From NCBI RefSeq assembly GCF_006345805.1, contig NC_043007.1:3286001-3350000 (forward strand): a stretch of DNA of 64,000 nt, read 5' to 3'. Both the position numbers and the translations under genes were made by a program. This document shows, one piece after another, positions 12,320-25,631 of the stretch (its first letter is position 1; each line of letters opens with the position of its first letter). The DNA comes from Octopus sinensis (lineage: Eukaryota). Under the pieces are notes generated by a model, which was not told the DNA's origin, ran no database searches, and was given only the letters and a program-made list of their open reading frames with translations.

Positions 12320-12665
<346 letters not shown>

Positions 12666-12849
12666 ATGCGTTGTAGATGAGAAACAAAGAGCCGTTAACT
12701 CACCAGCAAAATTATAAATACATTTAGATGTGTGTGTATAAATATGAACACACATAGAAGCACACACTGATACATTCATACATATATTTATTCATGTAAA
12801 CAGACAGACAGACAAACAGTCAGTCAATCACGCAGAGAGACAGATAGAT

Positions 12850-12880
<31 letters not shown>

Positions 12881-13636
12881 GACAGAGACAGATAGATGGG
12901 ATACGGTATTTCGCTTTGTTACTATAATATACAACCAAATATATAACAAGTTTATAAGTAAATTCTGTTATACTTTCGTGTTAGCAGTATGAGAAAGTCA
13001 CTTCTAAATTGATCTCGAGAAGAAGCAATAACTCCCGAAATATGTATATACAACCATTAGGTGTTTTCCTATCTTCGAACGCATTGTTTACATATCAGCG
13101 GTGGTGCCCCCAGCATGGCCGCGGCCTTCGGGCTAAAGCATTTTTAAGGATTTAAGGATTTATAGTCATATTCGTATACGAACGTCGTGACAGTCGATAC
13201 TGACTCGAAATTCTATAGAAAATCTTTAGAGATAAACTTAAAAGTGATAGATAAGTATTATTATATTGTATTATGTGAGAAGCAGTTTTCGAATATAAAC
13301 ACACGCCCTGCCTTGTTATTGGCAAAATAAACCTTCCACGATAGAACAGCACCTGTTTGAACACACGGTTTCTCATAAAGAATCGTGAGAAGCGAATAGG
13401 AATACGAAATATATGTGTGCAGGTGTGTGTGTACACGTCTGTGTGCGTGTGTGTGTGTTTGCATGTGTGTTTGTATGTGTGTGTGCACGCAGTGATACAC
13501 ACAAACATACACACACACATACATACACAGTTCTAAGCATTGATTTATTCTTGTAATACACTAGTATTTCTGAACTTTCTGCTACTGATACATAAATATT
13601 ACAATAAATTATTCTATAATCGAATAGATGTGTGTT

Positions 13637-13676
<40 letters not shown>

Positions 13677-14265
13677 CATACATGCATATGTAATACGTTC
13701 ACACATAAGCACGTGCACACACATGCAAACACACGCACGCTCGCACGCATGCGTTTACATTTGTGTGTAAGTGCCTACATATTTTTATATGTGCCTAATA
13801 CGATCAGCGAAACAGAACACATATATCATACACGAAATTAAGTGAAAGAATATTCAGCTTCAACACGCTGTGAAGGTTATAACATACATACATACATACA
13901 TACATACATACATACATACATACATACATACATACATGTGCGTATATATGTATGGGATGTTGACTTAATAATCCTAAAGTGAAATTTTCCAAATCTTACC
14001 AACTGCAATGTTGGATAACGTGATTTCTTTCGCTTCTCTCAAGAGGGTTGTATATATAAATATATACTAGTCGACTGAAAATAGAGTTACTAACGCATGC
14101 ATGTGTAGTTTTATAACACATTTTGGGAAATTGAAAAATGTCATAAAATCTGTTTCTACAAGATTATAGTTAGATTATTACTACTGAAAAATATTATTAA
14201 AATGGTGGCAATTCACTGACGCATCACACACGCATGAAAATACATATAAATACATATATAAAAGT

Positions 14266-14646
<381 letters not shown>

Positions 14647-15099
14647 TAATATAGAATAATATGATATATTGAAACTTCAGGCCTTAGAACTTTTTTGTAC
14701 AACTTTTATAAATTCTTTTCTGTACAATTTCGTTTTTTAACAACCGAAAAAAAAGGCCAAGCCTCGAAATAATTATTAAGAAAAAAGTTACGAGCGTTTA
14801 GCAATATAGAGATTGACGCTCTAGCTTTAGGATGGTAGTTTAAATTCATTACACATTATATTGTCGGTGAATATGATATTGCTGGTGCGCATACATTGTT
14901 CCTGTGTCTGTTGACTGCATTCGGAGTTCGTCAACCATATCTTTGCTTCGTAGGCATTCTATAGTTATCAAGATTTGCAACATATTCGTACAAGCATTCT
15001 AATTCGTTTACTATTTGTGTGTGTGTGTATGTGTATATGAACATATGCATGAATTTGATTATACGTATATGAACAAGTGTACATAGGTATATATATATA

Positions 15100-15161
<62 letters not shown>

Positions 15162-15165
<4 letters not shown>

Positions 15166-15375
15166 ATTTTCTCTCCTTTTTTTCTTTCCTTGTTTCTCTC
15201 CTTGTTTTTTCTGTGTCCCTTTCTGTAGAAGAGCGTAGGCTCGAAACGTAAAACACTTTTTCTATTCCTGAGCGTTATACTAATACATCTGTTTGTTTTC
15301 TACACCACCTGTCTTCGTCTTTTGTTTTTTTTTCGTGAACTCTCCCTATATATATGTATATATCTATCTATATAT

Positions 15376-15424
<49 letters not shown>

Positions 15425-15610
15425 ATTTTCTCTCCTTTTTTTCTTTCCTTGTTTCTCTCCTTGTTTTTTCTGTGTCCCTTTCTGTAGAAGAGCGTAGGCT
15501 CGAAACGTAAAACACTTTTTCTATTCCTGAGCGTTATACTAATACATCTGTTTGTTTTCTACACCACCTGTCTTCGTCTTTTGTTTTTTTTTCGTGAACT
15601 CTCCCTATAT
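15162..15610 (+). mobile_element. Tandem dimer (period 259 bp) of family F PLE-type repeat, hammerheads at 15220-15253 and 15479-15512
   Basis: Two near-identical units separated by (TA)n; ttt CTGTAGA A GAGC gtag GCTC GAAAC GTA aaa. Confidence 0.88.
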
Positions 15611-15625
15611 ATATGTATATATCTA

Positions 15626-15698
<73 letters not shown>

Positions 15699-16189
15699 GT
15701 GGAGAAAATTCTTTGTGGTATTTAATTAAAGCTCTTTATATACTAATATCAAATCTCATCGATATCAAATTAGCCTTTTATCTTTTCGGGAGTCGATAAA
15801 ATAAAGTATCCCCCAACAACTGCGGTCGATTTAGTTTACTAACGCCTCATCATTTCTGTTAGGAATGGTTATTATGATCAGTATTAGTTGTTATCGAACA
15901 AGGAGACAACAATACATAATTTAATTGTAGAAATGAAAAAGACGATTTTCCAGAAAATTGCTAAAACTCTGCGGCGTTAAATTTAACTGAAACTAAAACA
16001 AAATAATTAAAATAACAATGGCGACAATTGAAATATTCCATGTTTATTTTATTACGTTGTTTTAATTCAATACAATTATAGACAATTTTATCAGCAGAAT
16101 AATAGTTTTCAAAGAGATAGTCACTGTGATATAATCCGAAATTTTCTACAAATACGAAATTTTCAACAAATTTTCTACAAATTGATGCG

Positions 16190-17165
16190 TAGTGAAATTT
16201 GTGTTGGACGGTCACTACAGCAGCGTAAGCCATGCAAGTTGGAATTTAGAAGGTTGTGGCCCTCCAAGAAGCCAGTTATCCTTGATCTCATCACCCTTTC
16301 AAACACGTTGATGATATGGGAGGTGAATGAGATTGGGCGATAGTTAACTACAAGAGACTTTTTTCTCTTTTAGACGACCGGGATAAGAACTGTATATAGC
16401 CCGAGTCTAAAGAATATACTCTTTTACTCTTTTAATTGTTTTAGTCATTTGACTGCGGCCATGCTGGAGCACTGCCTTTAGTAGAGCAAATCAACCCCAG
16501 GACTTATTCTTTGTAAGCCTAGTACTTATTCTATCGGTCTATGTTGCCGAACTGCTAAGTTACGGGGGACGTAAACGCACCAGCATTGGTGGTCAAGCGA
16601 TGTTGGAGGGACAAACACAGACACACAAACACACACACACACACACGTACATATATATATATATATATACATATATACGACGGGCTTCTTTCAGTTTCCG
16701 TCTACCAAATCCACTCACAAGGCTTTGGTCGGTCCGAGGCTATAGTAGAAGACAATTGCCCAAAGTGCCACGCAGTGGGACTGAACCCGGAACCATGTTG
16801 TTGGTAAGCAAGCTACTTACCACACAGCCACTCCTGCACCTATATAGCCCGAGTCTAAAGAATGTCCCCAGTGTTTGGTTAGGGAGGCTGCAACTTGGTG
16901 CCTGCATTCCTTCAGGATACTAATGGGGAATCTATCAGAGCCTAATGAAGAATGATACTTGATTCCATTTATTGGTGTCCAGATTCTGAGTCACTAAAAG
17001 CTATGTTCAGATTATATGTTGATGGTTATGTTCGTTCAGATCCCTTGCGTCAATATTGATGGGATCACTACAGACAGAGCAATTGCGCTTCGGTAGCACC
17101 TCTGCCATTTCATTAGCGTCATGTGGAAGACTGTTGTTTTCTTCTATCAGAGAGACAACGGTCCC
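16190..17165 (-). mobile_element. CR1/L2-group LINE ORF2 fossil (tether and start of RT), interrupted by a SINE
   Basis: EMAEVLPKRNCSVCSDP; GSDRFPISILKECRHQVAASLTKHW; VNYRPISFTSHIINVFERVMRSRITGFLE (NYRPIS at 16328-16345); NSNLHG. Confidence 0.85.
16416..16840 (-). mobile_element. Full-length family B tRNA-derived SINE with 23-bp TSD
   Basis: TSD tatatagcccgagtctaaagaat at 16393-16415 and 16841-16863; A-box tggctgtgtggtaag, B-box gggttcagtccc; internal (AT)/(GT) tract; (AAAGAGT)-type tail. Confidence 0.95.
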
Positions 17166-17198
17166 CCTGCCTGTTGGAATATGAATAAAAAACCTTAG

Positions 17199-17594
17199 AG
17201 TTCTATATTTAAGAGATGAGGAATTATGTACAGTATTTAGATTATTTACATTTGTCGGATATTTGTCCTCATCTGGTTTGTTGTTAACACTGTGTTTCGG
17301 TTGATATACCTTCCAGCCTTCTTCAGGTGTTTTGGGGAAAATTTCGAACCCACAGGCATATGGCGTAGTGGTTAAGAGCGCGGGCTACTAACCCCAAGAT
17401 TCCGAGTTCGATTCCAGGCAGTAACCTAAATAATAATAATAATAATAATAACATCAAAAATACCTTAGGAATCAGAACCCAGGTTCGAAATTTCTCCAAG
17501 ACACCTGATGAAGGCTGGAGGGTGTATCAGCCGAAACGTTGTGTTAACAACAAACAAGATGAGGACAAATATCCATCAAATGTAGATAATGTAC
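17199..17594 (+). mobile_element. Family E element 1: inverted tail (17199-17350), tRNA-like head (17355), (AAT)n, hammerhead tail
   Basis: Head ggcatatggcgtagtggttaagagc...gagttcgattcc; homologous copies at 20351-21014 and 31175-31822. Confidence 0.92.
17500..17545 (+). ncRNA. Type I hammerhead ribozyme motif with palindromic helix III
   Basis: gacac CTGATGA A GGCTG gagggtgtat CAGCC GAAAC GTT gtgtt: canonical core plus extra A after A9, 5-bp stem II, 5-bp stem I, ACGU helix III, GUU triplet. Confidence 0.85.
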
Positions 17595-17819
17595 TTTTGG
17601 GTCCTGTTTCTTTCTTTTTTTCATTTTTCTTTACCCAGTTTTCTTCAATAACTGTTTGATTGGCAGTGTAGGTTTTCATGCTGATTTACAAATTGTGTTT
17701 TTTTCCGTTTTCCCAACTCGAACCTTCTTGAGGATGTTGTTGGTGGTAGCATTTCAACTGATCGATTTTTTTAATGAAGTATTTTAAGTCTCTTGATTAG
17801 TTATTCTGTCTCTCCCTCC

Positions 17820-17863
<44 letters not shown>

Positions 17864-18772
17864 AGTAGCCTATTTTTATTAGTGCTTGTGGATTTGTAGA
17901 AGCGTATTTGAACATGTGTAAGTAACAGTATTCTGCCATGTTGTTTCAGTATGAAAGGAACTGTGCGTGAATGACCATTCGATAAGCGATAGATCTTTGC
18001 TTATTGCTCCCCAGGCTTATCGAATGTGTTCTTCCATTTTTAACATAGTGTGCAATTTAACAGAGATTTGGTTGTCACTTTTAAAGGAAGCCCATCCGTT
18101 ACCTCACATAGAGCAAAGAAGAGACATCATACACATAGCTGCACTCGAAGCTACGAGAAAACCCGTAAAATAATAATTTCTCCTTAAGGGAATCTTTTCT
18201 AAGGATGAGATGTTTAGCACTTGACAACACTTCCAGTAATCTCTCTTATTTTGTATTGTTGTAACAACAAATTATTTATTTACAGCAGTTGCCAGAGGCC
18301 GAATCGATTACGTGAATAATCCTACGTTGTGTCCACGGCCAAGATATTTTATTTCTTAATCACCCCATTTTGCTGTAAATCGCTAAAGTTATTGCTGTTG
18401 AAGCGAGAGCTCTTCATAAATAACAAGTGTTAGGTTAGTTTACAATGATGCATTCAATTGTGGATTTGTATTCGCTAAAGTCAATGAGAAACTGTATCGC
18501 TAGAATCATCCGCTGCTAAGGATACGGCCTAATTCTCATTATGTTTTTGTGAGTTGAATAAGTAAGTGTCCCCACGGTAATTAATAATAAACTGAAGTGT
18601 TGAATAATGGCGTAAGCGTGAATATTTTAATGTTCAAATGATCACAACGAGATGAATTCCGTGACGAAAATTAATATGATTGTTTTACAAATGTTAGCAT
18701 CAAACAAAATTAGGAGTGAATAAGTTATGAAATAATTATGCCAATTTAGCTAACTTCATTCGCTGTAATAAT

Positions 18773-18885
18773 GGCGGCCTAGCAGAACCATTCGAGCATC
18801 ACGCAGAATGCTTTATAGCTTTTGTTCCGACTCTTCATGCTTTGGTTCAAATTTGCCTTTCATTCATTTAAGGTTGATAAATCGG
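18773..18885 (+). mobile_element. Old family A-like SINE fragment
   Basis: ggcggcctagcagaacc...ggttcaaatttgcctttcattcatttaaggttgataaa. Confidence 0.55.
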
Positions 18886-19334
18886 TAAATCTACGAAAGT
18901 GTAAGGATGTGGAAGCAGATTTCTAGCAATGGTTGTTGCGTTTCTTTGCATTCTGAGTTCAAATTACGCTATAGTCTACTTCCGTGGTAGACTTTGATCC
19001 GTCGGTCGATTTAATACCACCACCTTGGCGCCTTGGATGCCTTTACTGGGGTCCACTCAGTTACAAACACTCGAGCCAGCAAGATTTTCGTTTTGAAGAA
19101 AGCTTTCTAATCCCTCCCACCTTACTCCTTTCATAGAAGCCTTACAACTAGCAGTAGACATTGTCGTCTCTCTTCACGAAAAGCAAAAAAAGCTTCGGCA
19201 ATTTCCAGTGAAATATTCTACTCGCTTAATTACGTTTGATTTCAAAAGGAGTGACTGGAGTCCATTTGTTTCTATGTGCATCTGTAATTGCACAGCAGAC
19301 TGCTTGATTATACATCAGTACTTGCAAATGGGTA

Positions 19335-19645
19335 GAGCCGCATTGGCCCAGTCGTTAGGGCACCGGACTCACGGTTGTAGGATCGCGGTTTCGATACCCA
19401 GACAGGGCATTGTGAGTGTTTATTGAGTGAAAACACCTTAAAGCTCCACGAGTCTCCGGCAGGGGGGGTGGCGAGCCCTGCTGTACTCTTTCGCCACAGC
19501 TCTCTCTCACTCTTTCTTCCTTTGGCCTGCTCGCTTAGCCAGCGGGGTGGCGTCATTTGAAGGCTAAAACAATGCGAAGCGCATTGTAACCAGCGACGTG
19601 TAGCAACATCTGATAGCCTGGTCGGTTACGGTGATCACGGTAATC
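19335..19645 (+). mobile_element. Full-length family D tRNA-derived SINE (tail type 1) with 15-bp TSD
   Basis: TSD acttgcaaatgggta at 19320-19334 and 19646-19660; A-box tggcccagtcgttagg, B-box ggtttcgataccc; head resembles tRNA-Arg. Confidence 0.92.
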
Positions 19646-20350
19646 ACTTGCAAATGGGTAAGAAACATTATGAATTAAGGGTATTTTCTTACGTAATAAA
19701 ATACTCTAGAATGATATGCAGGTAGGAGAAAAGAAATGCGTATGTAAGGAAACCAAAAAATACATTGCCGTTCCCATTCACTGTTCGAATGATAATTTCT
19801 CTCATGTTGCTAAGAACCTTAAGAAACGTATGCCCTTGCCAATTGATGTGTTACTTATGGCTAATTTGAAACGAATGCGATGTAATTATTGTGCATGAGT
19901 GAATTACTTATGCCAATGACCAAGCAATCATTTTTTGATATCTCTACGATCAAGTTTCAGTAATTAATCACAGATAAATGTCTTTACAGTTTTTCAACAG
20001 TAATCGATGCCATATCCAGCATGCAGTCAAACTTTGGTGAATATGTGGTAATATTGGTTTCTGTTTCGACAGGATATATTTCCAAAATTCTTTAAAATAA
20101 TTGTTGAAATTATTTAGCAAGGAACATTTCAGTTGAGTGCGTAGCAGGGACAACCATACAAGATAATCATCTTCGAATGAGTTTATCTGTTGAAACAGGA
20201 ATATCGATATATTTTATTCGTGGAGCCAAAAAACTAAACTATTAATCAATATTCGTTGAGAAAGAAACGATATCAGCCAATTACTAATATTATCTTCGTT
20301 TTTTTTTCAGTAAGTACGTGAGATGATGTTAGATACGTATCATATTCACT

Positions 20351-21014
20351 ATTTACATTATTTTCATTTAACGGATATTCGTCCTCATCCGACGGGCATA
20401 TGGCGTAGTGGTTAAGAGCGCGGGCTACTAACCCCAAGATTCCGAGTTCGATTCCAAGCAGTGACGTGAACAATAATAGTAATAATAATTATTATTTTAT
20501 TTATTTATGCGCCCTTTTCAAGCCTAGCCAGGCTCATGGGCCCAGTTTCCCGGTTTCTATGGCGTATGGGTTACCCCCAACTGGACGGGACACCAGTCCA
20601 TCGCAGCATTACTCAAAAAACAGGAAGAAAGAGTGAGAGAAAGTTGGGGCGAAAGAGTAGAACAGGGCTCGCCACCACCCCCTGCCAGAGGCTCGTGGAG
20701 CTTTAGGTGTTTTCGCTCAATAAACACACGCAACGCCTGGTCTGGGAATTGAAACCACGATCCTACGAATCCGCTGCCCTAACCACTGGGCCATTGCGCC
20801 TCCACGATGATGATAATAATAATAATAATATCGAAAAATACCTTAGGAACGAGAACCCAGGTTCGAAATTTCCCCCAAGACACCTGATGAAGGCTGGAGG
20901 GTATATCAGCCGAAACGTTGTATTAACAACAAACAAGATGAGGACAAATATCCGTCAAATGTAAATAATGTATATAATGTACATAATTCCTCATTTCTTA
21001 AATATAGAACTGTA
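20351..21014 (+). mobile_element. Family E element 2 (inverted tail 20351-20389, head 20394, intact hammerhead 20879-20924), interrupted in its (AAT)n by a family D SINE
   Basis: gacac CTGATGA A GGCTG gagggtatat CAGCC GAAAC GTT gtatt; possible TSD tacgtatcat at 20334-20343 and 21013-21022. Confidence 0.92.
20489..20805 (-). mobile_element. Family D SINE (tail type 2) nested in element E2
   Basis: Head gtggaggcgcaatggcccagtggttagggcagcgg; tail ctgcgatggactggtgtcccgtccag...aaaagggcgcataaataaa. Confidence 0.9.
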
Positions 21015-21220
21015 CGTATCATTTTATTCTGCTCTCCTCATCGAAACAGACTGCACCAACCTAGGTGAAGCACCCATGATGAATGATGAATTAAATACAT
21101 GTAATTTTGAATTTGTTGAGACAGCGATATGGAACTAATTCGAAATAGAATGATTGAAAGGTAACATCTACAGAATGATAGGTTGCTGTAGTCGCGTCCA
21201 GTCTATTATTTTAACGATTA

Positions 21221-21767
21221 GTGGAGTCACATGGCCTAGTGGTTAGAGCAGCGGACTCGCGGTCGAGGGATCGCGGGTTCGAATCTCAGACCGGGCGATG
21301 TGTGTGTTTATGAGCGAAAACACCTGAGTTCCACGCGGCTCCGGCAGAAGGTAATGGCGAACTTCTGCTGACTCTTTAACGCCGGGCGAAATGCGTAGCC
21401 GTATTTCGTCAGCCGTTACGTTCTGAGTTCAAATTCCGCCGAGGTCGACTTTGCTTTTCATCCTTTCAGGGTCGATAAATTAAGTACCTGTTACGCACTG
21501 GGGTCGATGTAATCAACTTAATCCTTTTGCCTGTCCTTGTTTGTCCTCTCTGTGTTTAGCTCCTTGTGGGTAGTAAAGAAATAGATATTTCGTCTGCCGT
21601 TACGTTCTGAGTTCACATTCCGCCGAGGTCGACTTTGCCTTTCATCCTTTCGGGGTCGGTAAATTAAGTACCAGTTACGCACTGGGGTCGATGTAATCGA
21701 CTTAATCCGTTTGTCTGTCCTTGTTTGTCCTCTCTGTGTTTACCCCCTTGTGGGCAGTAAAGAAATA
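21221..21767 (+). mobile_element. Chimeric SINE: D-like head (21221-21378) fused to two tandem family A bodies (period about 184 bp)
   Basis: One 16-bp TSD tattattttaacgatt at 21204-21219 and 21768-21783. Confidence 0.9.
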
Positions 21768-22869
21768 TATTATTTTAACGATTTTCTATTTCGTCAGCTA
21801 GGTCACCCATGAAAGGATCTTACTGATTCCATTGATACGTTACATCACACCTGTATCGTTATTTCTATTGCATGGACAGGTTCAGTGTGAAATAGATGCA
21901 TCAACAATGAATGCTGCGAATATTTTTAACGCTATGCGAACTATAAATCCTTTTGGAGGCATCCCTACAATTTATTGGATAATCCAGTTGAGACCGTCAA
22001 TTTAATAAAATGCATTTCATGCGAACGGCTTATTTAAATTCCCCATTTTTCCCAAACACTCATTAAATTTACTTTGCTTTCATTTTCTGACATATTTGCT
22101 ATATATTTCATTATGTTTGAAAACATGCAATCATTTATTGAACTCAGTTAAAAAAAAAACAGAATTCTATTGAGGTATGAGATAAGAAATCGAATTTCCA
22201 AATAATATATTTTTAAGAGTTATAAAATTCTGATATAATTCTAAACAATACAATATCTGAAGTGTTGTTCGCTTTCAGAAATGGTTTTCAAAAAAGTATT
22301 ACATCTTGAAGACTTTCTGCAATAACAGCTATTTAAGTAGATAAATTATTGATTTGAATTTTTTTAATATATACTTTACTTTTATTCTTTTGACTGTGGT
22401 TAGTGAGAGCGTGAGCAAAATATATGAAAAACTAGCTCTCGGAATGTAAATCCAAATCTATCAACTCTAGCTTTCTTCCCTTTTGTCGTTGTTATTCGTT
22501 TGTTTATTGAGGTAAATATTGAAGGAAAGAAAAGGAACGCTTGAATCAGCATGGCTTATGCAAAAGGAAGAACAGATTTCGTTTTAATTTTTTCAGAATT
22601 TGTTCCAATCTCATCAGGTCACCTGAATCTAAAATAAGCATCATAAGTATTAAAATTATGATGATAGCAATAGCAGGAAGTCGCCGACATCGCAACCAAT
22701 GTGGCTATGAGTTCGATATCACTGTGCCACACTTACTGAAATGTCTAGTTTCCAGCCTATTCGTTTAGAATCAAGACTGTAAAGAACCAACTTCTGATTT
22801 TATTCCGTTTAGAACCACTAACATAAATCTCTCTATCGGATTAACATAAATCTCTCTATCAGACCATGT

Positions 22870-23094
22870 TAACACCAAAAATTAATTACATCCAAAAGGT
22901 GCTTTTTTTCTATGAAAATCTCTATTTTTTTACGATCTTTTGACTGCTGTATCGCCATTTTTCGGTATATTTCAACCAGAAAAATGTTCACTTAAAGAGA
23001 ATAACAAGCTACATAATGCAACATTTTTACTTTTCAAAAATTCCAATTCTAAAGGGTCGAAACAAACCCGAGCAACGCCGGGCGATACTGCTAG
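22870..23094 (+). mobile_element. Helitron-like element, 3' end (5' boundary uncertain)
   Basis: acaaacccgagcaacgccgggcgatactgCTAG|T identical to the end of 36784-37180. Confidence 0.75.
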
Positions 23095-23667
23095 TTGCGG
23101 ATAATATACTGGAATCGTTGGAACTAAGAGCTTGAGAAAACAAGCTTTGTGTCTCTGGTCGGGTTCCATGGCTTCCATAATTAGAAGTGTAACGAAATTA
23201 TGTGGTTGAAAACTTGGTTTTCAAACAGTGATTCAAAGACAAGTTTCGATTTTTTTTTCGCCAAGACTCACTTTTAAATGCAAACTCGGCGCTTCAAACC
23301 AACCGAACAATCGTCAAATTTACAGTATTGCCGATGCTTTCAAAGCTAAAGGAAATTTAGCCGTTATGTGTTAGGGAGTTACGTAAGTTGCGATTAACCA
23401 TGCAGATCCACTTGATTGTGAAAGAATGGACAGAAATTTATTCAGCTTTTGGGACATTTTACATTTACTACTTATTCTCTAGTCTTCTCACGCTCTTCTG
23501 TTTGACTAAGAAATTCTATTCTCTTTTGGCAGAAAGAAAATTCGTTCTCGTTTCGCTATTGTGCAAGTCACCATAACTTGCAACATTCTTCCTTTGTGTA
23601 ATCCCGATTCTTAACCAAACACGGATAACATAACATGAAGAATTTCATTGCTGAAAGACCATGTTCG

Positions 23668-23888
23668 GAAACATTGTTGTTGTTGTTGTTACTGTTGTTA
23701 CTGGTGATTGAGTTGGTCAAACCCAGATTTCCTTTGACTGACCAGATCGTTTATCAAAGACATTCCAGGCGTGACCATCATGTCTGTGCTCATATTCAAA
23801 GAATCCGAGACAAAATTATGCAACATAGTGTCTTTTTTAAGGCGCTACCGTGTAATTTGAAGGAATTTTGGCTGTTCTTTCTAGCAGG
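23668..23888 (-). mobile_element. Old interspersed repeat family H (also 38872-39066 +, 59186-59360 -)
   Basis: gctagaaagaacagccaaaattccttcaaatt vs gctagaaataacgacctaatctccctcaaatt; (AAC)n-type tail in two copies. Confidence 0.55.
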
Positions 23889-24199
23889 TTGAGCAACTAT
23901 GTAGATGCTCCTTTGTTATTTCTTAAATCTCTCATCTGTTGACGTTTTCTCATAAATTTGAACCTTAATGAGTTTTAATCAACAATTAACAACACCGTAT
24001 ATTTTACGTCTTAAATATATGTTCCAGCTCAAGTGTAACCCTGGAGCAGTTTTATCACACACACACACATTGTCAAAGATATTAAAGTTAAGAGAATTCC
24101 TGTTATATCCATATCGTTTCAGCTACATTAGGTTCCTCCTTCATGCCACTGAAGAAGACCAGATAATCAGCCTTACAATTTGTGGGCTGTGAAGCTGCT

Positions 24200-24400
24200 T
24201 ATTAGATCAACATTGTCATGATATTCAAGGCTCTAATGGGAACGCGGCCCCGGTAAGGATCCGTTCGGGATCCAGTGAAACACTTGTTTTCTGTACAGCC
24301 CTCCATTCTTTCGATTTCTCTGATCATATCAGATTCACAGCAGTGTACTCCCAAGTGCACAACACTACTCAACAGTGGTACAAGATCCAATTAATTTTCC
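24200..24400 (-). mobile_element. Possible heavily decayed CR1/L2-type LINE 3' coding fragment
   Basis: EYTAV...EWRAVQK and IRALNIMT loosely echo the LEYAS...ERVQR...LRALNL C-terminal pattern. Confidence 0.35.
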
Positions 24401-24432
24401 TTTTATCCATGTCGGTAAAAGCCACTTAAAGT

Positions 24433-24820
24433 GGATGGAAGCACTCCGTCGGTTACGACGACGAGGGTTCTGGTTGATCCGAATCAACGGAACAGCCTGC
24501 TCGTGAAATTAACGTGTAAGTGGCTGAGCACTCCACAGACACGTGTACCCTTAACGTAGTTCTCGGGGATATTCAGCGTGACACAGAGAGTGACAAGGCC
24601 GGCCCTTTGAAATACAGGTACAACAGAAACAGGAAGTAAGAGTGAGAGAAAGTTCTGGTGAAAGAGTACAGCAGGGATCACCACCATCCCTGACGGAGCC
24701 TCGTGAAGCATTTAGGTGTTTTCGCTCAATAAACACTCACAACGCCCGGTCTGGGAATCGAAACCGCGATCCTACGACCGCGAGTCCGCTGCCCTAACCA
24801 CTGGGCCATTGCGCCTCCAC
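24433..24820 (-). mobile_element. Family D SINE (tail type 3)
   Basis: D head at 24820; tail ...ccctcgtcgtcgtaaccgacggagtgc shared with 56203-56370; probable TSD ccacttaaagt/ccacttgaagt at 24422-24432 and 24821-24831. Confidence 0.92.
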
Positions 24821-25290
24821 CCACTTGAAGTACACTTGGCCGTAATTTCGAGTAGTTCAACTCACAGAAGCATTTACATTTTGTTAGGAAGCATTTTTTA
24901 AATGGAAAGCGAAGAACTAAATTAATTATTAAAGTGAAAGTTTGACAGAGTGTCGGATACACACCCGAATTGTCGGCTTTACATATTTCATCAGTGCTTA
25001 CTGTGCCTTCCGCTCAAGATAATTTAATTCTCGAGGCCATCAAGAAGACCTATACGTGATCACTTGATCGACTCGAAATAGTAACCAGATCTGACAAGAT
25101 AAAAGTATTTAGATATTATGTATGTTTGCATGCATGTATGCATATTTGTATATATGTATATGTGTATATATATATATATATATTATATATATATATAATA
25201 TATATATACACATACATATATACATATATATTATATATATATATATATATATAATATATATATATATATAATATATATATATATATATGT

Positions 25291-25330
<40 letters not shown>

Positions 25331-25441
25331 ATAATAAATATTAGGGAATATATCCAAATTTACAGGGAAAAAAAATCAGATTTAGATTAAATCAATTTTA
25401 TAGTAAAATATTATAAAATTTGTAACTGAATTATTGGAAGT

Positions 25442-25486
25442 CCACCTGAAGATTGTCGATCAAGACAAGAAAAACGATTGTAGTGG
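25442..25486 (+). ncRNA. Type I hammerhead motif with canonical core
   Basis: ccac CTGAAGA TTGTC gatcaa GACAA GAAA aacgattg TA gtgg; stems I and II perfect, second pair of stem III mismatched. Confidence 0.7.
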
Positions 25487-25571
25487 CGGTTTTTTGACTA
25501 TTTATTAAATTTTATGTATTGATTAAGTCTTTCCTTGTTTGTTTTGCAAAATAGTGGTTTTATCTCAAATA

Positions 25572-25623
<52 letters not shown>

Positions 25624-25631
<8 letters not shown>

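Noticed and set aside
17355-17430. tRNA genes (also 19335, 20394, 21221, 31408)
   Set aside because: Acceptor and anticodon stems do not pair properly and each head continues into a repeated body; these are SINE heads
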